64,000 nucleotides of DNA from Camelus dromedarius (taxonomy: Eukaryota): the NCBI RefSeq assembly GCF_036321535.1, contig NC_087437.1:14014001-14078000 (forward strand), given 5' to 3'. Position numbers and translations under genes: made by a program. Position 1 is the stretch's first letter, and the number at the start of each line of letters is the position of its first letter. The notes beneath the pieces were generated by a model, which did not search any database, had not been told where the DNA came from, and worked only from the letters and a program-made list of their open reading frames with translations. Shown here one piece after another: positions 26,301 through 39,019 of this stretch.

Positions 26301-28094
26301 TTTCTATGAGCTTGTCTGAAAGGACTTTAAGATTATTCTACATGGTAGAATGGTAAGAATGCTATCTTTTGTGTAAGAAAAAAAGGAACAGTTTTATGGT
26401 TGGTTCTATTCTTCAACACCCCTCAGTAAGATTAGATTAAGTCCAGTTTCCCACCGTATCTACAAAGATGCTCTCTGTAACATCATTTGTAAAAGCAAAA
26501 CACTGGAAACATTCTAAAAGTCTTACAACAGTTGAATGGTAAGGCAAATTATAATCCACAAAACAAAGTATTATTTAGCTACTAAAAATATCATTTATAG
26601 TGAGTTTGGAATAACATGAAAATGCTTAAGCAAAAATGCTAAAAAAGCTCATATACAATATAAATTCAATATGTAGTATGGACAATACACCAAGTTTAGT
26701 GTACGTAGTGTATGCAGTATGCATATCCTAAAGAGAAATCATAAGGTGATTCAGTAATGCTCAATATGTATTTCAATACCAATGGTATTTTCAGTGATAA
26801 TGTAGTAGTTCAGTCAGACTACTTTTCAAACATCTATCACTGAGCAAAATGACACTACAAGAGGAAGGATGAGAAGTGGATGTGGAGAGAGAGAGGTCCT
26901 TTAGGAACAAGGGACATTGCTACGTTAGAGCAGGTAAGGGTGAGAGACAATCTATGTGAGAAGTCAACTGGAATCATAAAGATTCAGTTCTTAGGGATAT
27001 GAGAAAAAGTGGAAGAGAGGTACAAAAAAAAAAAAAAGCACATCAAGAAACATCAAGTAAACACTTTGAAGAGTTGCCAAAGGTAAGGGATGCCTTTCCC
27101 TACCATCCAAGCTTTATGAGTGCCTTTCAAATTTTGTCAAGTATTTCCTATTAACACCAGCTCTTCTAGGTCTCTCTGTCGAGGAGGAAAATACAGGGAA
27201 AGGCCAGTCAATGAGCTAGTTTCACCATGTTTCATACGCAGGCATGACTCACTATATACTGCCAGAAAAAGCCTGATCCTGAGATCCTTTATGCCCCAAG
27301 GGCTGGGCATATGCTTGAGTTAGCAAAAATGATGATCAGATTCAAAAGATGTAAAGATTATAGTATTACAACTAATTTACAAGAAGGGAATTTTATTTTC
27401 TTATGAAAACAAAGGAAAAATAGATACTTTAAAATATCTATTAAAATGAATCAAGATTCTATAAGAGATGATGTCATGGAATAACAAAGATGTACAAGAG
27501 GTAGTATGAAAAAGCAGAAACAGTCTGTGACTGAAGATCTTGATCTAAAATCCCAGCTTCATTGCTAAATTTCTAAGTCTGTAGAGGGTGTTACTTCAAC
27601 ACTGATTGAGTAGTTGATTGACTGATTGACTCATTCATGTATTTAATTATTAGTCAGTGAGCTGGTACCAGAAGTAAGGAACAAAGCTAAATGTTGAGGA
27701 TACAGCAGGATACGGGGCTGCTATGGAAGATACCAACTTTAATAATACTAACAATAGAGTGAGATGGTGCTACATAGGAGTAAAGAGTAGGTGCGTCTGA
27801 TCTAATCTAGAAGAGTTAAAGAAGGCTTTCTGGATTAAATAATGTTAAATTCGGACCTGAATCTAAATCCTCAACAGGAGGTAGGGAGCTAGAGTGGGAG
27901 GAATATTCCATACGGGAGAAACAGCACAAGCAAAGGCTCGTAAGTCAGTGTTGCATATACATATCACATAAATGGATTGAAGAGATCATGTAATCGCTAA
28001 TTATAGAGGCTGCAGTTACAGACTAGTCATTAAAAAACTATAGCACTAAAGGCAAGTGAGATGAGACAGTAATCAGAAAGGAAAGTAGAATTAT

Positions 28095-29530
28095 TTATTA
28101 ATCCAAATATTTATTGAGTATCTACTACGTGCCAGGCATTATTCTATATAGGTACATAGGTAGATAGATCAATTGATCCATCAATGAACAAAGCAAACAA
28201 AAGCCCGGCTCTGATGAAGCTTATATTCTAAAACAGGGTAAGAGACAACAAGACGCCGAACATAACGTAAATGACATAGTACATTAGCACGGAAGTGCTA
28301 TGGGTAAAGTGAATTGGGAGTACAGGCAAGTGAGGGGTATTTAATTCATCAATTAATTAAATATTTTTCTTTGTTTTATTGAGATATAATTAACATACAG
28401 CACTGTGTAAGTTTAAGCCATACAGCATAATAATTTGACTTACATACATCATGAAATGATTATCACGATAAGTTTAGTGAACATCCATCCTCTCACATAG
28501 ATATAAAATTAAAGAAATAGAAAAAAATTTTTTCCTTGTGATGAGAACTCTAAGCATTTACTCTCTTAACAATGTTCATATATAACATACAGCAGTGTTA
28601 ATTATCCTTATCGTTTGTATATTACATGCCTAGGACTTTTTATCTTATAACTAGAAGTTTGTACCTTTTGACTGCCTCCATCTAATTTCGCCTTCCCCCC
28701 AGCCCCTGCCTCTGGTAACCACAAATCTGATCTTTTTCTATAAGTTTGTTTTTGAAGTATAATTGACCGACAACACTATGTTAGTTCCTGTTACACAACA
28801 CAGTGATTTGATATTTCTATAAATTTCAAATTGATTGCTATGATAAGTCTAGGCAGGACATGTCACCATACAAAGATATTACTTAGTTATTGACTATATT
28901 CTCCACACTGTACATTTCATCCCCATGACTCATTTATTTTGCAATTGGAAGTTTGTAATCCCTCCTTAAGAGTTTGTAATCTCTAAATCTCCCTCACCTA
29001 TTTTTTCCTTCCCCCACCCACCTCGCGTCTGGCAACCATCTGTTTGTCTTCTGCTTCTATAGCTGTTTCTGGTTTGTTATGTTTGTTCATTTGCTTTGCT
29101 TGGTGAGGGTATTTTAAATAGAATAGTTAGGGGTTGCCTCAGTGAGGAGGTGGTGATTGGACAAAGATCTGAAAGACTTGAGGGAGTGAGCCTTGCAAAT
29201 ATTAAGAGGAAGCACATTCCAGGCAGACAGAGGAGCCAGTATAAAAGCTCTAATAAGGAATGTGCCTGGTACATTTCAAAACAGCAAGAAGGCTCGTGTG
29301 GCAGAACAAGCAAGCAAAGGGGTGAGTAGCAGGAAGAGGGTCAGAGAGGCAATGAGGGAGGGAGGCAGACCTTGTGGGATCTTGTATGTCATTCTAAGAT
29401 TTTAGTGGAGGGTTGCGTGTTTGCTCCCTCTCGTCCCATATACATCAGATAGAGAGTAAGAGGCAAGAGTAGGCAAAAGACCAGATAGTCTAAAGAGGGC
29501 AGGGGTAACATTAAGAGCAGCGTCCTTCAG
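28095..29530. mobile_element. L2 element interrupted by an L1 3' end
   Basis: aaatatttattgagtatctactacgtgccaggca start. L2 body resumes near 29103 (gcctcagtgaggaggtg...gcacattccaggcaga). Confidence 0.7.
28345..29102 (-). mobile_element. L1 3' UTR fragment (L1MA9/artiodactyl type)
   Basis: ttattgagatataattaacatacagcactgtgtaagtttaag... Near-identical flanks GTGAGGGGTATTTAA (28330) and GTGAGGGTATTTTAA (29103) look like a decayed TSD. Confidence 0.75.
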
Positions 29531-29589
29531 GAGGCAACAAGAGATCAGAGTGAACATCAGTCACAGTAAGAAGAGAGGCCTCTTTTGGA

Positions 29590-29745
29590 AGATGTGTACT
29601 GGAGTCTGGTCAGGAGAGGCAAATCTGCCCTCAGTGACTTTGCACTGGTAGCTGAAATTGGCTAGGGGAGCATCTACACCATGGAAAATGGCAAACACTG
29701 CAGATTGAGGCACTTTTTTCTTCATCAGCTGGTTTAGCTGCATGC
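29590..29745. mobile_element. MER63-like hAT-Blackjack relic
   Basis: ggtagctgaaattggc...tacaccatggaaaatggcaaacactgcaga resembles recalled MER63 consensus. Confidence 0.55.
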
Positions 29746-30609
29746 AAATAACTCTTCCTCAAAGACTGGTGGGTAACAAGGAGGAGAGGCTGGCAGCACC
29801 CTCAGACACATACTGTGGGAAAATGAAGGAAGACGAAAGAACCAGTGACCCAGAGCCTCTTTTCTGTGAATCAACAGGAAAGTCAGACCAACTGCTTGGA
29901 GGAAAAAAAAAGCACCGGGTCTGAAATAACTTCTGCAGGTGGAGACTGAGCCTAGCCTTGCAGAAGAAAATAAATAAGGGAACTGTTATGCAAATGTGAA
30001 GAGAGTCAAGGCCAAATGGGTCACTATGGTTAAATTGTATGCATTTCTCTTTTTTCTCTAACTTTTCCTTTGGAAGTTGGCAGGGTGGTGGTAACCTCCT
30101 CAAGACAGAAGGATTTTGAAAGTTTGTATGCTAGTCTTTGAAGAAAAAGGTTACAAGAAGGCAAGAGAATTTAGTCTTGGGGAAAGGCATACTCTGGGGT
30201 CAAGGACAGAGGAGTACAGTGAAGCCAAGCAGAGTCTCATAGTTTAAGCAAAATATAAAATGACGTGGTATAAAAAGTTAAGTTCTATAAATGCCTAAAG
30301 ATTACTCAGAATTTAGTTTTTGATAGTTTAGTCTTCAAAAGATAAGTTTCTGGGTTAAAATTATTTTTCTTTTCTTTCCTAGACAAAAATTTTAGACGGC
30401 ATTTCTTTAGATGCTACCTACAAGTACTTGTTAGCTGCCTTGGGGCTCTGGAGTGAATTCTTTTGGTTTGGCAGTGAGCACCTCAGCTGCAGGCACTTTG
30501 TTCCCTTCAGCTAAGTGGAAACTTTGAAAGGTCTGTAGATTTTGAAACAAGATTTCAAGTTAGTAAGTAACCTAGGACACTTAAAAACTTGGATTTGACT
30601 TTACAGGAC

Positions 30610-30700
30610 GATTATGCATAAAATGTAAGATCAAGTGCTCACAAGGTTAAATTTCAGGAAAGCCTTCCTGGATGTAAGACAAAGGCGGGGTGTAAAACGA
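30610..30700 (+). promoter_or_regulatory. Candidate ACKR4 promoter
   Basis: CATAAAA near 30617, an ETS-like CTTCCTG near 30664, and a GC/KLF box GGCGGGGTG at 30684-30692 running into TGTAAAA, directly upstream of the putative first exon. Confidence 0.4.
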
Positions 30701-30780
30701 AAACAAAAGTAGCCTGAGTTAGAGAGGTCATTCGATTTTACTCTGCACTCAAGACTGATCCTCTCTGTCGACTGAAACAG
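30700..30780 (+). other. ACKR4: Probable ACKR4 5' non-coding exon (3' boundary 30780; 5' boundary approximate)
   Basis: Ends CCTCTCTGTCGACTGAAACAG|gttggt. It resembles my recollection of the human ACKR4 5' UTR just upstream of the coding exon, and pairs with the acceptor at 33264. Confidence 0.65.
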
Positions 30781-31799
30781 GTTGGTTTTTTTCTTTCTTT
30801 TTTCATTCTGACTTGGATATGATTTTTTTTTAAGCTCAAAGACTTTGTATAATTACCTATGTGGAGGGAGTCTTGATGCATAAAAGTTTCCATGTGCAAA
30901 AAAGAGCTATTTGAAAAGTTACACACTTTGAGATAAAAAATAAATATAGCAAGAAGAAAATATTATTTTAATATCATTACTTGCCTGTAAAACTTTGCTC
31001 CTAATAGGTTTTGATATAGCATTTTTCCTGCTTTGCTTTATAAACACTATTTTTTTTTGCTCTTGTAATAATTATAAAGGCATTTAAATGTGTTCTGTGT
31101 ATCTGTCAGAAGGATCATTTCTGCAAATAATTTTCATTCCTATTTTTATCTATTCACATTTTTAGTATAATTGATTTTTATTTAAAAATATCCTTAATAT
31201 CCTATATTGTTTGGCCATATTATACCTTATCATCAGTTCATGATTTCTGGGATGAAAGAGAAGGAAAGAACAAAGTTCATATTGTGTTAATAATTAACAT
31301 ACAAGAAAACAAAGACCAGAGTAATCTTCCAGATTGGATCTGTTCAAATAGCTTTAAGGATAGTCATTTAAAATCATTGGCACCTGGTTTTTACATCATG
31401 AAAACTGTTTCCTTGGGGGGGGGGGGGTCTTTGCTTTATTCATCCACAAAGGGTTAGCAAGTGTAAGCGTGTTCTATTGAAAAAGTACCATAAGTTGGCA
31501 CACTGTTTGAAAATAACATTTTCATTAATGATTCTGTAAGAATCTTTGAGATTCTTCCAAGGACAAAAATAACCCAAGGGAGAAAGGCTAAGGAAAAAAG
31601 TAAAACAAAACTCAGTATTATAATAAAAACACTGAAAGTCACTGTTACATATATTTTAACGCTTGTGAATTCTGTGCCAGCTTAATACTACAGGGTGTTA
31701 ATAGCCAATATAGTAAAATAACTAAATGATGGGACAGGGGATTCCTGGAGCACCATCTTTCCATACTACTGTAGCAGCTCTATACCTACTGGTAAAGCT

Positions 31800-32700
31800 T
31801 TTAGTTTGACAGATACTTTTTGGGTGCCTGGTGCATACCAGGCACCCTCTCAGGTATTAAATACAAAGAAAAACTCAACAGGTCATAATCTTAGGGAACT
31901 TAGAGCATAGAAGGAAAAGGTACTCTAGGAAATACATCTTCCATAGAATGCGGTCAGTTCTCTGAGAGGTATGTAGATACACCTACTGGGTTGCAAAAGT
32001 CTTCTGGAGTGGCAACATCCAAGTTAACTGAGTAGGAATTGGCCCTTCAAGGGAAGGGACAAGAAACAGTATATCAGATAAAGGAACAGAATGAGTAATG
32101 ATGTAGAGATGTGCTGCAGCATGGTATGTGCCAGAAAACTGCTGGCAAATCAGTACCATTACTGTCGACAGTGTTGGGTACATGGTAGAGGGACACAGCA
32201 GGAACCATGGGTAGGACCACATTACAGAGAGAGCCCCGGGTATGATGCTAAGGAGCTTAGATTGTATCTTTCAAATGAAGAGATGTGTCTTTCAGGTGAG
32301 GAGCTAGGCAGGAGAGTGATTGGCATTTTAGAGATACTGCACTCTGGTGGCAGTAAGAAAAATGTTATTGACAAAGAGTTGTAAGGAGGAACAAGAACAG
32401 GATGCCAATAAGTAGGATGCTGGTTAGGAAGACATCATAACAGGGCAGGTGTGAGACAGTGATGGATGGACAAATTGTGTGGCTGTGTCAAAGAGCACAG
32501 ATTCAAAGGAGGAGACAGATTTGAGACCTTTTTGGAAGGTAAAATCAGAATTTAGGCACTGACTGGAAATCAGGGATGAAGATAAGAGAGAAATCAAGGA
32601 TGGTGCAGGCTTGAGGCTTAGGTGACTAGTGGAATGACAGTGCTACCCAACAGCAGTTTACAACCAGCGTGGAGTGACCAGTTTTGGAGGGAAGCTAACT
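31800..32700. mobile_element. Decayed L2 inside the ACKR4 intron
   Basis: L2 terminus-like gggtgcctggtgcataccaggcac and body-like gagagaaatcaaggatg...ggcttaggtgactagtggaatgacagtgc. Confidence 0.55.
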
Positions 32701-33273
32701 AGACGAGACTTTATTTTATAAAAGCCAACTAGTAAAATTCCATACAAATGCTGGGATAATTTATTTAAAAATAAATTTATAAATGAATAAAAGTAAAATA
32801 TTTATTTTAAATAAATAATTTAATTTTAAAAATTTAATTTATTGTCAATATACTGTGTAAGAATTACAGAGTTGTATATGTAAAAGTTATAAAATGTTTA
32901 AGCCCTTTCAGTTGAAATCTAACTAAATTTTCGTATTTTAAAAACTATTTTTGTATGAAAATCATTACTTTTACTTAGGCTTTAATGGTTTAAGAAAATT
33001 CTCTCAGGATATTATTTTTATCTTCCCTCTGTAAATCTCAGTTCCTGTACACAGACTTGTAAAAACAAAGAATGAAGAATTAATCTTGGGGATATACTCT
33101 GATGTGGATTCCATTAAACAGTTTCAAAGAGTGGTGGATTCAGGCTCACATATGTTGCGGCAACAGTCTATTCTCTAGTAAAAGAATAAAACATACGCTA
33201 GATCAGAAATGTTTCCGTTTAAGCAGTATTACGATGGATGTCCTGTATTCTTTCTGCCATTTAGGTTGGAGCC

Positions 33274-34326
33274 ATGGCTTTGGAACACAACCAGTCAGCA
33301 GATTACTATTATGAGGAAAATGAAGTGAACGACACTCACGACTACAGTCAGTATGAAGTGATCTGTATAAAAGAAGAGGTCAGAAAATTTGCAAAAGTTT
33401 TCCTTCCTGCCTTCTTCACAATAGCTTTCATCATTGGACTTGCGGGCAATTCCATAGTAGTGGCGATTTACGCCTACTACAAGAAGCAGAGAACCAAAAC
33501 AGACGTGTACATCCTGAACTTGGCTGTGGCAGATCTACTCCTTCTACTCACTCTGCCTTTTTGGGCAGTTAATGCAGTTCATGGGTGGGTCTTAGGGAAA
33601 GTCATGTGCAAAGTCATGTCAGCCTTGTACACAGTCAACTTTGTCTCTGGAATGCAGTTTCTGGCTTGTATCAGCGTAGACAGATACTGGGCAGTAACTA
33701 GAGCCCCCAGTCATGGAGGAGTGGGCAAACAATGCTGGCTCATCTGCTTCTGTGTCTGGATGGCTGCCATCCTGCTGAGTATACCTCAGCTGGTTTTTTA
33801 TACAGTCAATCACAAGGCTAGGTGCATTCCCATCTTTCCATACCACCTAGGAACATCCATGAAAGCATCGATTCAAATGCTAGAAATCTGCATTGGATTT
33901 GTAATACCCTTTCTTATTATGGGAGTGTGCTACTTCATCACAGCGAGGACACTCATCAGGACGCCAAACATTAAAAAGTCTCGGCCCCTCAAAGTTCTGC
34001 TCACAGTGGTCATAGTTTTCCTTGTCACTCAGCTGCCTTATAACATCGTCAAGTTCTGCCAAGCCATAGACATCATCTACTCCCTGATCACCGACTGTGA
34101 CATGAGCAAACGCATGGATGTCGCCATCCAAATCACAGAGAGCATTGCACTCTTTCACAGCTGCCTCAATCCGGTCCTGTATGTTTTCATTGGAGCCTCT
34201 TTTAAAAACTACATTATGAAAGTTGCCAAGAAGTATGGATCCTGGAGAAGACAAAGACAAAATGTGGAGGAGATTCCTTTCGATTCTGAAGATGCTACAG
34301 AGCCAACCAGCACTTTCAGCATTTAA
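33274..34326 (+). CDS. ACKR4: Atypical chemokine receptor 4 (CCRL1/CCX-CKR), 350 aa class A GPCR
   Basis: Intact ORF with Kozak gccATGg, acidic Tyr-rich N-terminus (DYYYEENE), seven hydrophobic segments, GN in TM1, [26 protein letters not shown], and C-terminus EPTSTFSI. Splice acceptor tttag| lies 9 nt upstream of the ATG (exon starts at 33265). Confidence 0.98.
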   Translation: MALEHNQSADYYYEENEVNDTHDYSQYEVICIKEEVRKFAKVFLPAFFTIAFIIGLAGNSIVVAIYAYYKKQRTKTDVYILNLAVADLLLLLTLPFWAVNAVHGWVLGKVMCKVMSALYTVNFVSGMQFLACISVDRYWAVTRAPSHGGVGKQCWLICFCVWMAAILLSIPQLVFYTVNHKARCIPIFPYHLGTSMKASIQMLEICIGFVIPFLIMGVCYFITARTLIRTPNIKKSRPLKVLLTVVIVFLVTQLPYNIVKFCQAIDIIYSLITDCDMSKRMDVAIQITESIALFHSCLNPVLYVFIGASFKNYIMKVAKKYGSWRRQRQNVEEIPFDSEDATEPTSTFSI

Positions 34327-35277
34327 ATGTGAAATCGTTCTGTCTCTTGCTTTGATACATATGAATGATGCTTCTCCCTCAGATCAAACATTTGCATTAT
34401 TCTGAAACTCAAATCTCAAACACTGTGGTAGCAATTTAAAACAAGAAGAGGCTGGGGTGGGGAAGGGGGGTGGGGTAGAAGCCAAGAAGAAGAGGAAACA
34501 AAATAATAAATGCACAAAGCATTTACTAAAGTTAAAATCAACAATACAGGAAAACAGTAACAGGTATAAGTAAGGAAAATACTATGCTATAAGTTTGGTG
34601 GGTGATCTAAAACAGATTATTAAAAAGGCCTACATTAAGGGGTATTTATAATTATTTTATATTATCTAAATTTTAATGTAAGAACAATTTCCCTGTATAA
34701 TTTTAGTACTTGAATAACTTCTCAGCAAAATTTAATCTTTTTCCTATTTCTTAATTTATAAGTGATTTCATAAAACTTCAGACAGAATAACAATTAGTAA
34801 TCAAAAAATACATGAAAAGCTTTTCCTGCTAAGTTTCTGCTAAGTTTCTAAACGTATAATTTGTGTTAATGATGTAAACTTTCTTTAGTAATAAACGTTA
34901 TCCTGTTAGATGTATACTCTAGAGGCAGTCCTCAGATAATCACACTTACCTAGGTTTCAATTTTTATAACTTCCTAAAGGTCTCATCCACGTATGTGTCT
35001 ATTACTGACGATCAACTAAACAGTATATTTTCCTACGTATAAAGACTCTTATTTTTCACTTAAATATTTGTATTTTTCAGCAAGGAAAATATGTACCACC
35101 ATAACTTATTTTTAATAATGTGTACTGCTTATCTCTTTAAAAAGTTATATAGAAATTATTATAGTCCATGTAATATGTCCTTATTAAAATTTAATTTTGT
35201 TAGAAATTACAGTGATCAAAAATAGTATGCACTAATACGAATTTTATCTCTCACAAACTGTAAAAAAAACCTCTTAA

Positions 35278-35283
35278 AATAAA
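35278..35283 (+). promoter_or_regulatory. Candidate distal ACKR4 polyadenylation signal (others at 34505-34510 and 34890-34895)
   Basis: AATAAA hexamers in the AU-rich region after the ACKR4 stop codon. Confidence 0.45.
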
Positions 35284-35444
35284 CATCACGCAATCAAGAC
35301 ATGTAATTTTAAAATTTATCACTTTCTAAATTTGAAAATGCTTTCAAAGGCAGAATTTAAAGAACTGTGGTCATGAAACTAACAACTCTGTATGATGTTA
35401 TTCCAGCAGAGCATCTGGCACAAAGGATCAATCTGAATACTCAC

Positions 35445-35543
35445 CACTGCTCCACCATTTCTTGCCATTAATTACATAGCTGTCCCCATCTCGCTGGATG
35501 CTACATTCAATATTTGTGGCATCACTTGAAGCTACATCAGGCT
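35445..35543 (-). CDS. ACAD11: ACAD11 exon 13
   Basis: ttatag|AG...AGT G|gtgagt; (E)[32 protein letters not shown](G); 99 nt. Confidence 0.96.
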
Positions 35544-36942
35544 CTATAAATAAGCAAAGACTGAATTTACAGGTAGGCAGATGCCATCAATTTACAAAAG
35601 AGACTTAGGTGAGAAAACGTGAACTCTTTGAGGACAGAGGCATCTTTCTATCATTTCCCCATTCCACAACCTACACAAAGTAGGTATTTAATAAATGTGC
35701 ATTGGAAGAATGAATGAATGAAGTAGTTAGAACAATTCAGATCGATCAGCGAGCTAAATTGTGTTCTTGGCTTCCTCACTGATACATGACTTGGGATACA
35801 ACTCACTCAATCCTTTCTCTAATCATCAAAAGTACATTGAATATATTGTTCTTTGCTTCCCACAATGGAAATCTATACTACATACTTGCAGGCCAGATTT
35901 CCCCACCATATAGCATCTTAAACAATTTCTAACTGTGCTTGCAAATTCCATCAGAATGCTTTCACCAGTTTATTTATTTTGCATTCTATAAAGTCTGCTC
36001 AACACTTAATGTCTTCAGCAAGTTTTCCATGGGACACCTTTACAAAACTGCTTTCCTGTATGGCATTTTAGAACTTACAGGCTAGCTCTCAATCATAGTA
36101 ATCTGCACTTCTTAATATGCTACTCTTTTGAATGGGTCCTTCAGTTATTTTATGTGTTCTCCTTCTAAAACTAGAGACCCAGTTTCTTTAGAAAAGGAGC
36201 TATGTACTCTACTTATTTTGTAACCTCCAGTTAGAGCTTCGTAGACAACACATCATACTGCAGGCGTTCAATAAATGCCTCTTACTGATTTAAATGGAGA
36301 TCAGTTTTGCTATGATAAATGTATGCAATGTTATAGAAGACAATAAAACCTGGCCAAAATTATGGCCAGATGAAATTTAGTTTAACTTTAAAGTCAGCTA
36401 TGAAACAGTGACTTTGTCCTTTGAAGAGTTCTTAATTACTGTTTCCTATGTACAAATGGTACCAAAACTCATTTTTATTAACATGATCCTCGTTTTATTT
36501 TGCCATATGATTATAATTTGAGCCATAGGACCAACATTGGTGAAAGTTCTGTTTTTCCGGGTTTATGGCAGAGTATTTTGGAAGTATCAATATAAAATTA
36601 TCACAGATGTGAATATTTCATACATTAGGGTAAAAAAGATCTTAAATATCCATAGATGGCAATTTTAGAAATGCAAGTCAAAAGATAATGAAACTAGGTT
36701 TACTCTGCTGCTAATGCCTAAAGCAGGTTACTACAGAACATTATTTAATGAGAGGACAATTTTATTTTGCACATTTAAAAATGTCAAAATTTAAAACTGG
36801 AGTCAAAGCAAACATAGTCACATTCCTAGCCATGGGAAAATTTGCCTGAAACACAGAGCCACATCCCACACTTCTTCGGTTCATCGATCATAGCCCAGGA
36901 AGAGTGACCACACAAGGGAGAACGTGACTGACTTAATTTTAC

Positions 36943-37050
36943 CTGTCATACAGAAGCAGGAGGCAATGGTCCCTTGAAGAAGAGGCTCAAGCCACTGCTG
37001 CCTCTGCATCTCACTTCCATACAGGTGGAGCACCTCCATGTTCCCGGTGT
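36943..37050 (-). CDS. ACAD11: ACAD11 exon 12
   Basis: gtgtag|AC...ACA G|gtaaaa; (D)[35 protein letters not shown](E); 108 nt. Confidence 0.96.
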
Positions 37051-38749
37051 CTACACGTAAGGAGGAGAAGCACTTGTTTTGCATTTAAAAACTTACCAGT
37101 ATGAGATCCAAACTCCATATAGGTAATACAGACACGCATCCTTTTAAAGCTAATGTTTGCTAACAAAAATATTTTGAAACATAAGAATAAATCTAATTTA
37201 CAATGAAGGTATGCCATAAGCAGTTGTAAGCACATGGCATTTGGTGCATATTTATTCAAATTGTTCTGAATCATAGATGCTCATCCACTTCATCCCAATG
37301 AAGCTCTAAGAGGGGTCTAACTCAATTAGGACTGAGGGAAATAATATACTAGCCCAACCTTTGCTTGCTGTCTTGCAAATACACTCTGCTAGGAGTGACT
37401 GCAATTCTCCTGGAGAACAATTAACATTACATATTTTACTGAGACTCCAGCCTTGAGACCCCTGTTCCTCAAATACACCTGTGCTTTCTAACTTCCTTAT
37501 ATTTGCTTGCACCAGGCCTTCTCTCAGAGGAAATTCTGTCATTCCTAGTAAATTTCTGTTTGAGCCACCTTCATTGTGAAGAATCTGCAAGTACCCAGTC
37601 AGACATCTCTCTTTCCTTTGACCTCACATGGTAATTATTGCCTCTTTACTACAACATTGCTTTTACCTTCGTGCACCCCATACCGTCTAGGAAGTACTAA
37701 GGCATCTGAAGGATGCCAAACACAGGACCCATGTCCTGGATGGCAAATGGCGGGAGGTAATGCCAAAGGCCCTCTCCAGCCCTTGGAGGGCATGGTGCAG
37801 TACATGACACACTGCTGTGTCACTCACGTGGAAAAGGATGCTTCGTGTCTGCCGCAGAGCAAAATGCTCCAGGTGCCTTTCTCTGATTTTCATCCCCATC
37901 AAATTTCCAAAAATACTATCTAAAACCTTACCCTTGAATACTGATAGCTTATAAGATTTTGAGGAAGAATTTTTCAATATCATCACTTGCAATGACTTTA
38001 AAGACAGTCACTGAAATGCCTATGAAAAATGAACTAGGTCTAAGTTAAGTCTCAAAATATGTTTGTACTCTGTTTCAACATCCCCAAAGGAGCCAAAGTT
38101 ATATTAAAATGTACAACATTCCTAGTAGATAAACACAAGCTTAAAATTCTGTTTAAGTGAGGGAGAGAATGAGTCCTGAGTTATAATTAATGAGCTCATG
38201 GTTTTCTTTGCTTGCTTTAAATTCAGTTTTCTCGTTTAGTTCAAATGAAATAAATATTGAATAAAATCTTTCCAAAAATTATTTTATTCTGAGAAGCTGA
38301 CAAAACAAAGCTATTATTTATGGGTTGTATTATCATGGAATAGCTTCACACAATGAGATAAAATCTTTAGAAACTCTGGGAGTAGATTAATTTTACAATA
38401 GCCTCATTATTAAATGAAAATGTAGTACAGTAGTAAATCAGTGTTTTGAAGAGAGAAAAGGTGAGGACCTGGGACAAGTTCAACCATCATCACAGGTTTC
38501 CAAATTATCTTAACAGTACCAAAGAAATGAGAGTCAAAGTCCAGAGTGGGAACATTTTGCCAGGCAACCAGACAGTGTTTTCTCTGACATCCAGTATACC
38601 CCTTTCAGGCATTTCCACCTTCATTAACTCTTTTTGGGAGAGCATTAGCACCAGGGCCATAAAATTAGCACAAAGGACAATGATAAGGCCTAACTTGTGC
38701 AGAACCACTATAGGACCATCATCCTTCTACAAATCAAATGCTAGTCTTT

Positions 38750-38930
38750 GACTGGAAGCAGCAGAATAACCAGAGTAACCTGGGGGAAAAAAAAAAGACA
38801 AAGACATTCTCAGGGTCTACCTTAAACCTCCTGAATCAGAATCTCTAGGGCTGGAGCCTGTGCATTTTAAATTTTTTTAAAGTTATTTAAGGGGTTCTTC
38901 TGCAAATATGGGTTTGAAAACACCTTCAAA
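38750..38930. mobile_element. MER5-like hAT-Charlie relic
   Basis: cctcctgaatcagaatctctagggctggagcc...tgcattttaa. Confidence 0.6.
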
Positions 38931-39019
38931 AGACTACAGTCCAGGTTTATTCCTCCCATAGTAACTTTTTAAAGAAAAGTTGGCCTCTTTCCCTCTTCCT
39001 TCCAATTTTTCATGCCAAA

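Noticed and set aside
31822..31847. 11-bp perfect hairpin GGGTGCCTGGT-GCAT-ACCAGGCACCC as a possible miRNA
   Set aside because: It is too short for a pre-miRNA and coincides with the naturally self-complementary L2 3' terminus.
32755..32845. Almost pure A/T quasi-palindrome upstream of the ACKR4 coding exon
   Set aside because: In low-complexity A/T sequence, self-complementarity is expected by chance.
33679..33699. DRYWAV in place of DRYLAIV as a novel receptor change
   Set aside because: An altered DRY motif is an established feature of atypical chemokine receptors, including ACKR4.
33619..34260. Minus-strand ORFs of 75 and 126 aa
   Set aside because: They are antisense shadows of the ACKR4 CDS with no recognisable protein features.
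34826..34849. 11-bp tandem duplication CTGCTAAGTTT in the ACKR4 3' region
   Set aside because: It is an ordinary slippage micro-duplication with no evidence of function.
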